NCBI RefSeq assembly: GCF_009914755.1
Contig: NC_060931.1
Source: the human T2T-CHM13v2.0 reference genome, Homo sapiens
DNA: 64,000 nt
Direction: 5' to 3' (one strand)
A model generated the notes under the pieces. That model did no database searches. It was given only the letters and a program-made list of their open reading frames with translations, and had not been told where the DNA came from. The position numbers were made by a program, and so were the translations under genes. This document shows positions 28,615 to 43,290 of this stretch, in pieces; position 1 is the stretch's first letter; each line of letters starts with the position of its first letter.

Positions 28615-28914
28615 GGTTGGCGCAGTGGCTCACTTCTGTAATCCCAGCACTTTGGGAGGCTGAGGCGGGCGGAACACCTGAGGTCAGGAGTTTGAGACCA
28701 GCCTGGCGAAACCCCGTTTCTACTAAAAATACGAAAATTAGCCGGGCATGATGGCGGGCACCTGTAATCCCAGCTACTCAGGAGGCTGAGGCATAAGAAT
28801 CACCTGAGCCCAGGAGGCGGAGATTGCAGTGAGCTGAGATCATGCCACTGCATTCCAGCCTGGGTGACCAAGCGAGACTCCGTCTCCAAAAAAAAAAAAA
28901 AAAAAAAAAAGAAA
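28615..28914 (+). mobile_element. AluS
   Basis: Dimer with small deletion; TSD AAGAAACTCTT. Confidence 0.93.
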
Positions 28915-29497
28915 GAAACTCTTTAGGCTGAAGAAAAAGGTAGTTGTACATTGTCTTCCTCTTCTTCTTCTTCCTCCTCCTCCTCCCCCTTCTTGTCTTT
29001 ATTTGCAAGAAATATGGCCATTAAGCCATTTCATCTTCAGTAGGTAAGGAGTTTTAACATAATTAAGACTAATTTTAAACTAATATTTTCTTATTAGAAC
29101 CTAGAAGTTCACAGACAACTGAACTGCAAAATCAAAAGAAACTGAACTGCAAATTCAAAAGAAGAAGCTACTATTTTTATGTCAACAATTTGCATAAGGA
29201 ATGCACTCCCTATCTGGTATAAAGATTTTTGTGTTTTTGTTTTCCAAACACCCAAGGATGTTTAATTCATCTTTTACTTAAATACACAGTTATGGATGAG
29301 GAAAATGGAAGGCTGACAAAACAAGGTGGGGGAAAGAGCATGTTGACATTTTTTTCCGCTTTTATTTGTGTTCTTTTGGACCATCTGAAAAGTGAGAGAA
29401 GTTAAAGATTTTAGTTAAGAGGGCAAAGATACTCCAAATCTGTAGAAGCTGACCCTAAGTTTCTCTCCTATTTTGCACCTTAATAGAACCAATATCA

Positions 29498-29877
<380 letters not shown>

Positions 29878-30076
29878 GTGGAGACCCATTTTGACTTTTT
29901 ATATCTATAACTCTATGTGAAAGATTAGACAATTGTGAAAGATTACAAGTTCTGACACTATATAATAACCTGTGATATAAGGAACCCAAACTGTTAGTGA
30001 AAAGAAATGAATTCCTCCTCCTGGGTTACCTAATTCAGTGAACAGGACATCTCATAGGATTAAAAATAAGGAAATG

Positions 30077-30374
30077 GGCCAGGCGTGGTGGCTCACACCT
30101 GTAATCCTATCATTTTGGGAGGCCAAGGCAGGTGGATCACCTAAGGTCAGGAGTTTGAGACCAGACTGGCTAACATGGTGAACACCCCCCACCCCACGCT
30201 CCCATCTCTACTAAAAATACAAAAATCAGCCAGGTGTGGTGGCACACGCCTGTAATCCCAGCTACTTGGGAGGCTGAGGCAGGAGAACCAGGTTGAACCG
30301 GGGAGGCGGAGGTTGCAGTGAGCTGCCAGCCTGGGCGACAGAGCGAGACTCCATCTCAATAGAAAAAAAAAAAA
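30077..30374 (+). mobile_element. AluS with C-rich insertion and right-arm deletion
   Basis: TSD AAAAAT(A/G)AGGAAATG. Confidence 0.92.
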
Positions 30375-30595
30375 TGAGGAAATGAGAGAAGGCAGCAAGG
30401 AAAATTGCCAAACTCCGATATGATTATACATGTTAACAGAAAAACTAAATCTCAAAATGGTTTTAATTTTACAGATTAAATTCTATTTTCAAAAGGAAAA
30501 ACGAAATCTATTTTTTAAATGTACTTAATAAAAAGGAAAAAATAAAAGACAGGAGACGCCAGCACTGACAGCTCACAGGGTCATCCCGGACTTAC

Positions 30596-30654
30596 TGGAT
30601 TGTCAATGTAAAGCATGGAGAGCGTTGTGGTCCAGGGGAAGTCTCTGTCACGCA
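30596..30654 (-). CDS. CPVL: CPVL coding exon 4 (aa 135-154)
   Basis: LRDRDFPWTTTLSMLYIDNP; tcacag acceptor; GTAAGT donor; 59 nt. Confidence 0.96.
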
Positions 30655-31614
30655 CTGTGAAAACAAAGAAGAGGGGTGAGATAGAGTCGTGGACAAGCAT
30701 TCCACCGAGGCCTCATGGTGGTCAGAAGCCCAACACACCCCACGGTCCTCATGAGCTGTTGGCGTACCCTCTAACAGTGCTGCACACTCTCATGGTGGGG
30801 AACAGGCACCTGCACCTTTACCCTCCCCACTCCTCTCCTTTACTTTCCCCCAGCCCAGAGTGTTTCTACACCTGAGATAAAGCTTGGAAACAAAACCCAG
30901 CAAAAGCTTGGAACAAAGCTGGTTCATGAAAAAACACCCACCAACCACCTCTGCAATAATATCCATATGTCCAATTAAATCAATCATCCTTAATGCTCCA
31001 TCTCTTGAACAGAACTACTTCAACAAAACTGGCACATAAGCCTTTATACTGAGTCACAAACTGGCTCACACTCCAAATTCTGACCCAGGGGAAGTAAACA
31101 AAATTAAAAAAAAAAAAAAACAAAATGAGATGAAGGTAAACTTAGTGACAGCCAGATGTTGCTCTTTCTTTATCCTTCCTCCGCCTCAGCCCCCACCGGG
31201 AATAGCGTCTTGCTTCCAAGTTATCAGATAATGAGTGTGACTGAACCATAAAGTGTTTAGTTCATGTGAGTAATTAAGAATATAATTCCACCCATTAGTC
31301 CACTGCAAAGAGCTGTCCCAAATAGTAATAAATACCAACTGTTTTGCAAACCCAGAATGCTTGAGTCAGCAGCAGACTGCAAGAAAGCGGATTAGAACTT
31401 TTCACCCAAATTTCAAGGGAGAAAGCAGCCCAGTCAGGACACTCACCCCGAGGCTCCTCCTTCTCGGATGGATATTGCCAGAAAGTTGTGTTTTGATAAT
31501 CTGGAACGGTTAAGCTATTCATAGTGGTTCAGTGTTTACTCTAAATTAGTTTTGGAGCAGGTATGAGGCTCAGATGAAAGATTCTATAGGAAATACAGTG
31601 CAAGGGATACTTAC

Positions 31615-31729
31615 AGGTCATGTTACTTGTGACAACATAAGGCCCATGTTCCACAAAGAGTCCAAACATGGATGAACCTCCCGGCCCACCCTGTAGCCAG
31701 AGAACTACTGGGGCATCTTCTGGCTGTAT
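31615..31729 (-). CDS. CPVL: CPVL coding exon 3 (aa 97-135)
   Basis: [38 protein letters not shown], the S10 substrate-binding/oxyanion motif; ctctag acceptor; GTAAGT donor; 115 nt. Confidence 0.97.
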
Positions 31730-32212
31730 CTAGAGGAAACAGTAAAACCAGTGACCACACAGAACACTCACTTAAGGCTACAGAACACACACAAGCAAAC
31801 TTACCCAAATCCTCTCTGTGTTACAGGGCTGTGACTAAATCCTACAAAACCTCCCCAGACCTCAGTAACCACTCTCCACTATGAGCAAAGTACTGATCAT
31901 CTTTGGTTCTTTGAATGAGGCTGTGCCTCATATGCTGGTGTCTTCTTATCATGCAGTCAAGTCTTTTCCCAACAAGAGACAGAAAGCTCCTTAAATGTAG
32001 ATGCTTGGCTTGTGCATGCTGCCAGACATCTAGCATACTGCCTGGGGCATGGTTATATATTTTTAGCTGTTTAAACTAAAATTTGGGACTCTTCCATTTA
32101 ACACACATATTCCCAACAGAGGCACAACAAAGAATCCATTCTCAGTGACACCTTCCCTTCTGCACTGAGAGCCCAAACGCCTTTCTGATTTTACTCACTA
32201 AGAACGTGTTCA

Positions 32213-32549
<337 letters not shown>

Positions 32550-32924
32550 TCATTCAACATGGTGGAAAAATGAGGAGGAGCAGACAGCCCCAGGGGCCTT
32601 TAGCCAACGCAAATAACAACGACAAAACCCTGAACAAGGTACAGATTTATTTAGGAGATGTGGGAGACATAAACTAGAAAAGGGTATTGGCAGGGCGGTG
32701 ATGTTGAAAATGAGCTACTGGCCGTAGTGTCAATACCATCACCTTCAATGACAGAGACCTTTTCAACTATTTCATTCAATGTGTATTTATTGAGCACCCA
32801 TTATGGGCCAGGCATAGCGCCGGGAGCTAAGTACACAGAACACTGAGTGAAGAAGAAAACGCATGTCCTCTTGGAACTTAGAATTGCATGGGCAATATAG
32901 GCAGTAAGTAAGAAATAAAGACAA

Positions 32925-33224
<300 letters not shown>

Positions 33225-34292
33225 AAAGACAATGATTGGAGAGTGTGAAAAGGAAATATGGGTGATTTAAGAGTCATTGGAGGCTGAAAAGGAGAAGGTG
33301 ATTAGCGAAGGCTTCAATGAGGTCTGAGCGCTGCCCTGAGCCCTGAAAGCTGAGAAGGATCCAGCCAGGAGCAGAGCCAGACAGCAGAGCTGTGCACGAG
33401 GGAAATGACAAGGGAAACCCTCTCACCAGAACAGACTTAGAAAGGGAGGAAGGCACAGTCGCCAGGCGAATCCCCCAGAACCACCTGAAAAAGCTCTACT
33501 TGGCTCCCCTGCTTGGCTTCTAGCAGGACCTAACAGTGGGCCCTTGCATGATGGCATGGCTCGTTGGATGGTTAGTCAGCAAGGATCCCCTGGCTTCAGC
33601 CCAGAATAAAATCCCACCACCTCTGACTTGGCCTGGCTATACAGACAAATCAAGGTGTTGTTGGAAGGTCTGAGTGGATGCGTTCCATTGACCTGGATGG
33701 CGGGAGAAGGCTGAGGCAGAAGGCAAGACTGACTCAAGAGAAGGTGACTGGGATGCCACCGCCAAGACCTGCAGGAAGAGCTGAGCAGAGTTCTAACCAT
33801 GGCCACAGAGGGCACAGAGGAACTTTCCCAGTCACCAAGAGCCTGATAGAGTCCTTCACGGCTTTGGAAAGGGGCCCAGGGGGACCTGCTACAAGATAGG
33901 TGCTGGGAAGAATGGCCATGAGCTGGGGCACACCCCTCCTATGAGGCGCCACCTCTCGGGCTCATTCTTGAGTGTTAACAAATTAAGCAACATAATTAAA
34001 GCCCTTCGAACAATGCCTAATGTATGATAAAAGCACAATAAATATAAATGATTATTATGACTAAGGAAACAGGTAGAAATGGTAGAAGCCAAGAGTCCGA
34101 CTGAGGCCTCTGATGAGCAGCCTGAAGCTCCAGGGGTCAGCGCGGTATTATATAACAAATAAGCATGGAAGCTCTTGCCCCAAACTGTTTGAATTCAAAT
34201 CTAGGCTTTACTACCCACCAGTGTGTAACTTTTGGCAAGTTGCCTAAGCTCTCTGGATCTCAGTTTCCCCACCTATAAAAATGGGATCAATA

Positions 34293-34620
<328 letters not shown>

Positions 34621-34934
34621 GATCAATAATAGTAGCTACACTGTATGCTTGCTGGGAGGATTAAATGAATTCCTTTTCATAAACCTCAGCTGTATAGTAT
34701 GTGTTCTCCAAATATTAGCTATTGCTATAATAGATAATCACGAGGAATTTGTAGATGGCTTGAACACAATCTATCTGTAAATGACAGAATAGGAAAGTGG
34801 GCTGTGTGGTGGTTTTATTCTCGCTCCTGTAGCCCACAACTTCCCTGATCAGTTTTACTAGTTATTCCCCCTGCCTCAAGTGTTCAAATGTCTATGAACA
34901 AGTCAACAGAATGAGGGTTTTGTTTTATAAGTCA

Positions 34935-35390
<456 letters not shown>

Positions 35391-36830
35391 TCAAATGACC
35401 ATAATGCCTGCCTCACAGGATTGCTTGAAGGCTCTGAGGAGCAAATGTACATGAAATGATGTTGTAAACTCTAATGTGCTGAATAAAAATAACCAGCTCT
35501 GCCCCAACCTGCCTGTGGAGCTGTGTTTTGTTTAAATAAGTGATTTTTATCTCCTCTCAGATCCACTCACCAGTACTGCCTTCCACTTGTATTCACTCAG
35601 CAGTAGGAGCAAATTACACATATGAGAGGTAGAAAAACAATGGGATCTGGGTGGAAGGTAGCCCCTGCTCTTCCCAGCCTCCCAGGGAGTGTGAGATGCT
35701 GCGAGTCCAACTGATTCCAGCGGATATCCAGCCCCACTTCCTTCCTAAACTACATGTGAACTCCCAGAAGCTGCAATGTGCTCATTAAAACATTTTGGAG
35801 AGCTTTTCTCTTTTGGAGAGTAGTATTTTTATACTACTGCCTAGGCCCAAATCCCAGAGATTCCAATTCCATTGGTCTGTGGGGAGGAGGCCTCATCAGT
35901 CTTTCTCAAAAGCTCCCAGGTGGTTCTAATGTGCAGGCGGCGCCAAGGGTCTGAAGGTGGATGGAGAGTTTGCCCTCTAAATATCTCAGGCCTCTGGTCT
36001 CCAGCCTGTCCTCCCCTATCCTCCACCCTATCCTCCCTTGGCCTTCCATGTCCCTTCCTGTGACCTGGCACAATGAACCGGACCTCTGGACTCAGAAAAA
36101 TAGCCTGACCCTGAGAGCCCACACTACAAAGTCAAGTCAAACACCTCAGTGCCAAATATCTTTATTATGCAACTTTGAAGCACAGGACACTGCATTCTTG
36201 GAATGCTTAAATAACAAGATCTGTGTACACACCTCCAGCCTCAGCTGACCTTGCTCCTGATTTACTTTCCTGGAGGAGGTGAATGAGGCTCAATAACCCT
36301 GGAAGAAGCCTGTTTTTAAAGAAAAGCCCACACATACATCTTTCTACTTTGATGGGCCAACCAACCTGTGAACTAATGTCACCCTTATCTGTAATAAAAC
36401 ATAAAAGTCAGATCTGGAAAATAAAAGTATATGTGTTCAATGCCAAAACCCCAAGAGTCAGTTGTGTCACAGCATGCAGACTTTTGTAATATAATATGGC
36501 ATCAAATGTCATGATATGCAGTATAATATTAATTATGTCCACAGTAATGGCATGAGGTTATTATGTGACAATCCTTAGGGTGATATATTCAGCTGTCAAT
36601 TGTGAGAATGCAGCCTTTAGCCAACTCTCAACTTTGGAAAGAATAAAAGACTTCCTGAACAAAACCACATTGCAATACTTAAGACCGAATGAAGAAATGA
36701 CCACTTTAGTTCATTTACAGCATTACAAAATTCAGGAATTTAAAAACATTTACCATATTGAAGTTGTAATTCAAGAGTGTATGAAGCAAGACAATTAATG
36801 CATTTATTTTTTTCAAAAGCTTTAAAATGT

Positions 36831-37252
<422 letters not shown>

Positions 37253-37579
37253 TCATGGAGATGCTTATGTTTACCCTTCCAGATTTTTCTCTATGGTCCT
37301 CCTCTACACATACACATATAGACATATCCTATAGCTATTATATATGCAATATACATACACACGTTTTTTTTCCAAAAATAGAACCAGGCTATACTCTATA
37401 TATGCTTATTCACTTAACAATATGTTGTGAAGATCTCTTTATATCAATACATATCATTATTTTGCTCAACAGTATGCACTCTACGAATTTACCACAATGT
37501 ATTAATTCATTTAACATACAACGCCAACTACTCACAGGGATTGTCTAAGGCTGTGGATGCAGACCAACTCCTACCCATG

Positions 37580-37830
37580 AGCAGGCAGAATACTTTATAG
37601 TTACGAGCATGGATTCTGGAGCCAGAATGCCAAGGTTTGAATTCCAGCTATGCTATTTTGTAGCTCTGTGACCTTGGGCAAGTTACTTAACTCCTCTGTG
37701 TTTCAGCGTCCTCTGATTGAAAATATGGATACTATTAATGTCTGTCTCCTAAGGTTTTCATGCAGTTTTAGAGTCGATATATGCACAGCACTGAGAACAG
37801 TGCCTGGCACATCTATTTAAGTGTCAGCTC
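37580..37830 (+). mobile_element. MIR
   Basis: TGTGACCTTGGGCAAGTTACTTAAC...AACAGTGCCTGGCAC. Confidence 0.8.
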
Positions 37831-38692
37831 TGATGATTTTTCTGCTGGTGTGGGAAGACAGTAAACAAGCAACTAAATAAATGAGTGATATGAAAGAGGA
37901 ATGGAGAGACACTAGATTAAGTACTTAAAGAAGGCCTCTGGTGGTAGGGTAACATTTGAGCTGAGATCTAAAATATGAGTAATTCCCTCATACTACATAT
38001 TTAAGAAGAAAATAAAACCTCTACTAATGACTTAAAGGTCAAAGTCCTGCAGCAAGAACTGATGATTAAAAGGGAACGGACAAAAAAGTTCTAAATATTA
38101 AAGAAAGAACAAAGGAATCCTAAATACTTAAGTGAGAAGTCTCCCTAGCAACAGAAGAGGGTCGGCCCGCGGGTCCCACAAACCTGGGCCCTTTATTGGA
38201 GCACAAGAAGCAACTATGGCTTTGCCTCAGAAGCCCTTTCGATTCTTCTGGCGACCCCTGGTGACCAACCCATGAACTTGGACACTCTTTCCTCAGGGTT
38301 TCTTCCAGAAGGAACGGCCCAGAAAGAGAGAAGTTATCTATTCTGCCAGAATCTCTACAAAAAGGAATTTCACAATTTCTCACATTAGCAAATTCCATTG
38401 CTTATTCACAATGATGATGAAAAATCTACTCCATGTCTTAATGGAATGTCATTCAAAGAAAGTGAAACTCATTGAAACAAAACTAGTACTAAATCCTGTC
38501 TGCCCTATTGTTCCCCAGATTGATATACCCTCCCTGGACAGCATCACCTTTGCCCTGAGTCTTCCTTTCCACCCTCATCTTCCATCAGCCCTTATCCCCC
38601 AGGCCCTCCTTTGCATCAGAGAGAAAGAGAGAATAGAGATAACCTTCTGCTCAGACCATATGCCTATCACTGAAACAGTAAGTTAAGATACC

Positions 38693-38706
38693 GGGGGGGG
38701 GGGGGG
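38693..38706. repeat. Poly-G run (G14)
   Basis: Mononucleotide run. Confidence 0.95.
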
Positions 38707-38747
38707 TGCTAAAAACTTGCCAATTTCAGTACTTTTAAGAAACATAA

Positions 38748-39062
<315 letters not shown>

Positions 39063-39756
39063 TCATGATTGTGTTTTATAAGAGGACTTTATTGGAGTGA
39101 CCCTTGGAAATTTTAGGAATCTCAACAAGTGTTAGGGCAACATTTTGGACCGGAAAGTCACTTAAAGTAGACAGGCATCTGCCAATCTTCAGGACTGGTT
39201 ACATATCCCTAGCACCCCTTTCTTCCTATCTCCAATAAGGAATGCCACGCTTGGTTAGAGAAAACAGCAACTAAACCACTAACAGATCCAAATCAATGGC
39301 ACTGCTTAAGATGAGAAGTGCAATTAGTAAATTAATTAAGGCCCTCTTCACACTTCTATATGCAGAGGCTGATCATTTGCTTGGTTTAAGTAATGTGTTC
39401 TACCTTAATTGAAGTCATTAGTACCCCAAGTAAATGTCTTTAAATTCCCACAAGTATGTTTAAATGGACTCCCATTTTGCCATACAGATCCCAGTTCAGC
39501 TAATACTTTAGCTGCTACACTAATGGTATTAATCAAGGCAGAGCTTTTTATTTAAAGCAATTAATTTTGTGACTAGAATTGTTAAATAGGTACATAACAT
39601 TTTAATTCTACACACACACACTCAACACATACACACAAGTTGCTAAAGACATTCATGTTTTTCAAAGAAATTTTATTTCAAGTGGTTGGTGTTGACTACT
39701 CACCAAATCTTCCTTTACTATGACTGCTGCCATGGCACCATCATACAGAAAATTAA

Positions 39757-40089
<333 letters not shown>

Positions 40090-41489
40090 TGAGGCCTTCT
40101 TGCATCATTCCGAAGCTCCTGACTCTCATCAAGTTTTGGCTTGTCTCATTGATTTGTACCAGCTTACACCCCATTAGAATCCTAACTTTCTCCTTCCTAA
40201 CCTTTCTACCTGGCTCATTCCTTCATGAGATAGTTATGGCTATTCTCTTTGTGCCTCCTGCCAGAAAGTTATACTTTATAAGGAATAGGGAAGTGGGCGG
40301 ATGCAGGGAGGTGTGGAGAAGACACCTTACTTTCCCTTCTTGATGCAAAAGTTAGTTACTTTCTCTCTATGTTATTTCATTTCCACAAAGGAAATCAGGC
40401 ATGCAAAAGTTTCTGCAGAGTGTTCAAATATACCTATACCTATGGGTGGTGATCTATAACATCACCTTAAGCTACTTTCTTTTTATTTTGTCTCTGACAC
40501 CCTCTATTCTTCTATATCTCTGATGCCATTAAGTACGTAGCAAAGAGAAGATAAATAGAGTCAGTTTGAAGAAGACAATTATCTGTGATCTCCAAATCTT
40601 TGTTGCACTGCTGGTGGATTTGTATCCACCTGTGTTAGATACATTTTGAGATATATTTTAATAAATCTGTCCAGTCCATGTCCCCTTCTCTAAGAAATGA
40701 GTCTCCATTCATCCATGGCTAGCCTGCTAGCCATGTTTATATCATGGCTAATACCCAGCACCTTCAGTCTCAGCTGACTGGACCAAGGAAGAAGACGTGA
40801 TCCAGACTGTGGCAGCCATGGGTGCTAGTTAATCTCTGCTGGCTACATGATGCAAGGACAGGTAAACTTGGAAATGAAAGGTTGGCCATACTTGGCCGAG
40901 TGCCTGGAGAAGCAAAGCATGTTGATCTGTCAAGGGAGAAGAATGAAGCACAGATGAGGGAATCCTGTGGTCTCAGACAGAATAGGGCTGAGACAGAAAG
41001 ACTGACTGCCTTTCCTCCCGAGGCTTTTCTATTACTCGTTCCTTAGGCCAGACCACATGTCCAGCCCTTGGTGTCTCAGGGCTGGAGAAAGATTTAGAAT
41101 GGTACCTGCATCAGTTAAGGCCCAATCAGAAGTCAAAAACCACAGAGTCATTTTAATTTTTTATTTAATTTATTTTTTTACTTGGAAACATTCACCTTTA
41201 ATTCTGTTACAAGTTCCAGTGTTTACTCTGGCCCCAGCCAGCCATGGGTATCACAGACACCCTTGGGCAAAAGTGAAGATGAAACACCAGAGGGGCCTGT
41301 TCTCCCACAGCCACATCCTCAGTGTTGGCCAAAGACCAGAATGCTGGGTAGGCTTCCTATGTCCACTAAGGAACAAGGAAATGTTAATACCTAGAAGTAT
41401 TCATTATTACAGAGAACTAAACATACATATACAAAGAGAATTCCAAAGAATGCCCTGGGCTAGGGAGAGTGCTCACAGATGGACAAGCC

Positions 41490-42190
41490 CATAAGTTAGG
41501 GAGGGGACCCTTCCCAAGGCTGCTGTCCAGACCTCGGTGGAGAAGGTATGGTTGCAGCCTTCTGAGTAGCTGAGAAGTTCACTGAGTACCCTGGTCCAAG
41601 GCTGGTCAACCATCCTTGGGTAAATAGGAACAGGTGGGCTGTGACTGGCAGGTGGACACAGAGAGACTCAGGAGGCTGGGAGCCTGCTTGCCTGAAAGGT
41701 TGCACACAGCCTGGAGCACACGGTGTCCACACTGGGAGGGACAAGGGAACGACCCTCTGGGGTGCAAATGGCCAAGGCTAGTGAGAGGGCTGCAGAGAGA
41801 GCAGGGCTGTAGGGAGCCTGCTCACCGGCAAGGCCTAGGGTATATTGTGTTCATACTGGGAGGGCCACAGCCAGGTGATCACCTGGACAGAGCCAGGGAT
41901 ATCATCTTGCTAAGAGTCTTGGTGGTCTGGGTGCATAGCTAAGGCAGAGTGTCACTGGATGTCCCCACCCCCCACCTCAACACACTGCTGACAGACTAGG
42001 CAGTGGGGCCAAGAAAAAGCCAAAGGCAGGACATAGGCACAGAAAGAGAAGACAAATTCCTCCTGCAATGTCTCTCCAGCACCCTCTACTGACAAAGCTT
42101 AATATTGTGCTTGCCGCAAAGGAGAAATGCTGAGAGCTCTACTATGGCAGAACAGGGAAGAGGGTAGAATTGGAGCTGAGAGGCAAAAAA
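41490..42190 (-). mobile_element. ERVL LTR (LTR41-like); left boundary uncertain
   Basis: TCCTGCAATGTCTCTCCAGCACCCTCTACTGACAAAGCTTAA...AAAGGAGAAAT...TTGGAGCTGAGAGGCAA matches recalled LTR41 terminus. Confidence 0.6.
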
Positions 42191-42321
42191 AAACAAAAAT
42201 TAAAAGTAGCTCGCATAGTAATCCCCACTCCTTATGTCCTCATCCTTCCCCCAGGCAGGGAGTATATGCTAGTTGTCACAAGATCTCACAGCCACAGCCT
42301 AGAAGTACAAGACAAGAAGCT

Positions 42322-42836
42322 ATGTTAGTTATCTAATGCCGCACAACATCTCTCCAAAACTTAATGGCTTAAGACAACAATAATAATTTTTGATCTCTCG
42401 GGATTCCTGTGGGTCAGAAATTTGAGGGTGTCTGGCTGGGCAGTTCTGGCACAGGGTCTCCCATAAACTGTGGTCAAGGAATCAGCCAGAGCTGCAGTCA
42501 TCAGAAGGATTGACTGGTACTAGATGAACCTCTTCCAAGGTTGGTACCCACTGGAGGGTGGAGGCCTCACTTCCTCTCCACAGAGGCTCAGCCATGGGGC
42601 TGTTTGAGTGCCCTCCCAACATGGCATCCTTTCCTCAGACTGAAAGATTCAAGAGACCAAGGCACAAGTAATATTGCCCTTTATAAGGTAGCCGTGGAAG
42701 TCAAACATCATCATTTCTGCTAGCATGTTGGTCACAAAGCCAGCCTTGATTCAGTATGGGAGGGGACTGCCCAAGGGCACATACACCAAGGGATGAATGA
42801 AGAGCACTGGGAACTAGCCTGAAGGCTGGCTACCAC
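42322..42836 (-). mobile_element. MLT1 (F/G/H-like) MaLR LTR
   Basis: CCAAAACTTAATGGCTTAAGACAAC...CTGTGGGTCAGAAATTTG...GGCTGGCTACCACA. Confidence 0.75.
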
Positions 42837-43089
42837 ACAGGCCACACGTTCAAGGGCTCCTTCATTCAATCCACATCCTGATTTGGAGTTACTGGATATT
42901 TTTATACTTAACTATAGAACCACAGAATGTAATGCTGGGATGGAGCCTTAGCAATCCACTAGGTTTAACATCTTTATTTCTAAATGAGAGAACTGAGGCC
43001 CAGAGAATACGAATGCCATCTCCCAAGTTATACAGCCGGGAATCGCAGACTTGGAATTAGAATCCCTGTATCCAAACCTCTAGATCTCT

Positions 43090-43290
43090 TTTCCCAAATT
43101 CCAGCCCATTGACTGGCTGCACTGGGACCACTGTGGAGCACATTACAAACACTGATCCCTGGGCCCTCTCCAGATCTGCAGAATCAGAATCTCTGCTGGG
43201 TGCAGCTAGACAATGAGCTGGGAGATCTGTCATATTTCCAAAGCTCTCCAGGTATTTCTGGTGAGCAGTAGCACATTTGGGAATTCCTGT
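43090..43290. mobile_element. MER5-like hAT-Charlie element
   Basis: CTGGGCCCTCTCCAGATCTGCAGAATCAGAATCTCTG...AAGCTCTCCAGGT. Confidence 0.6.

Noticed and set aside
29117-29162. 23-bp two-copy tandem repeat (similar ones near 14811, 18009, 48070 and 53581)
   Set aside because: Ordinary slippage micro-duplications; no repeat-spacer array, so not CRISPR-like
40714-40735. Perfect 10-bp inverted repeat CATGGCTAGC-CT-GCTAGCCATG
   Set aside because: Short; about chance level for 64 kb; no supporting context
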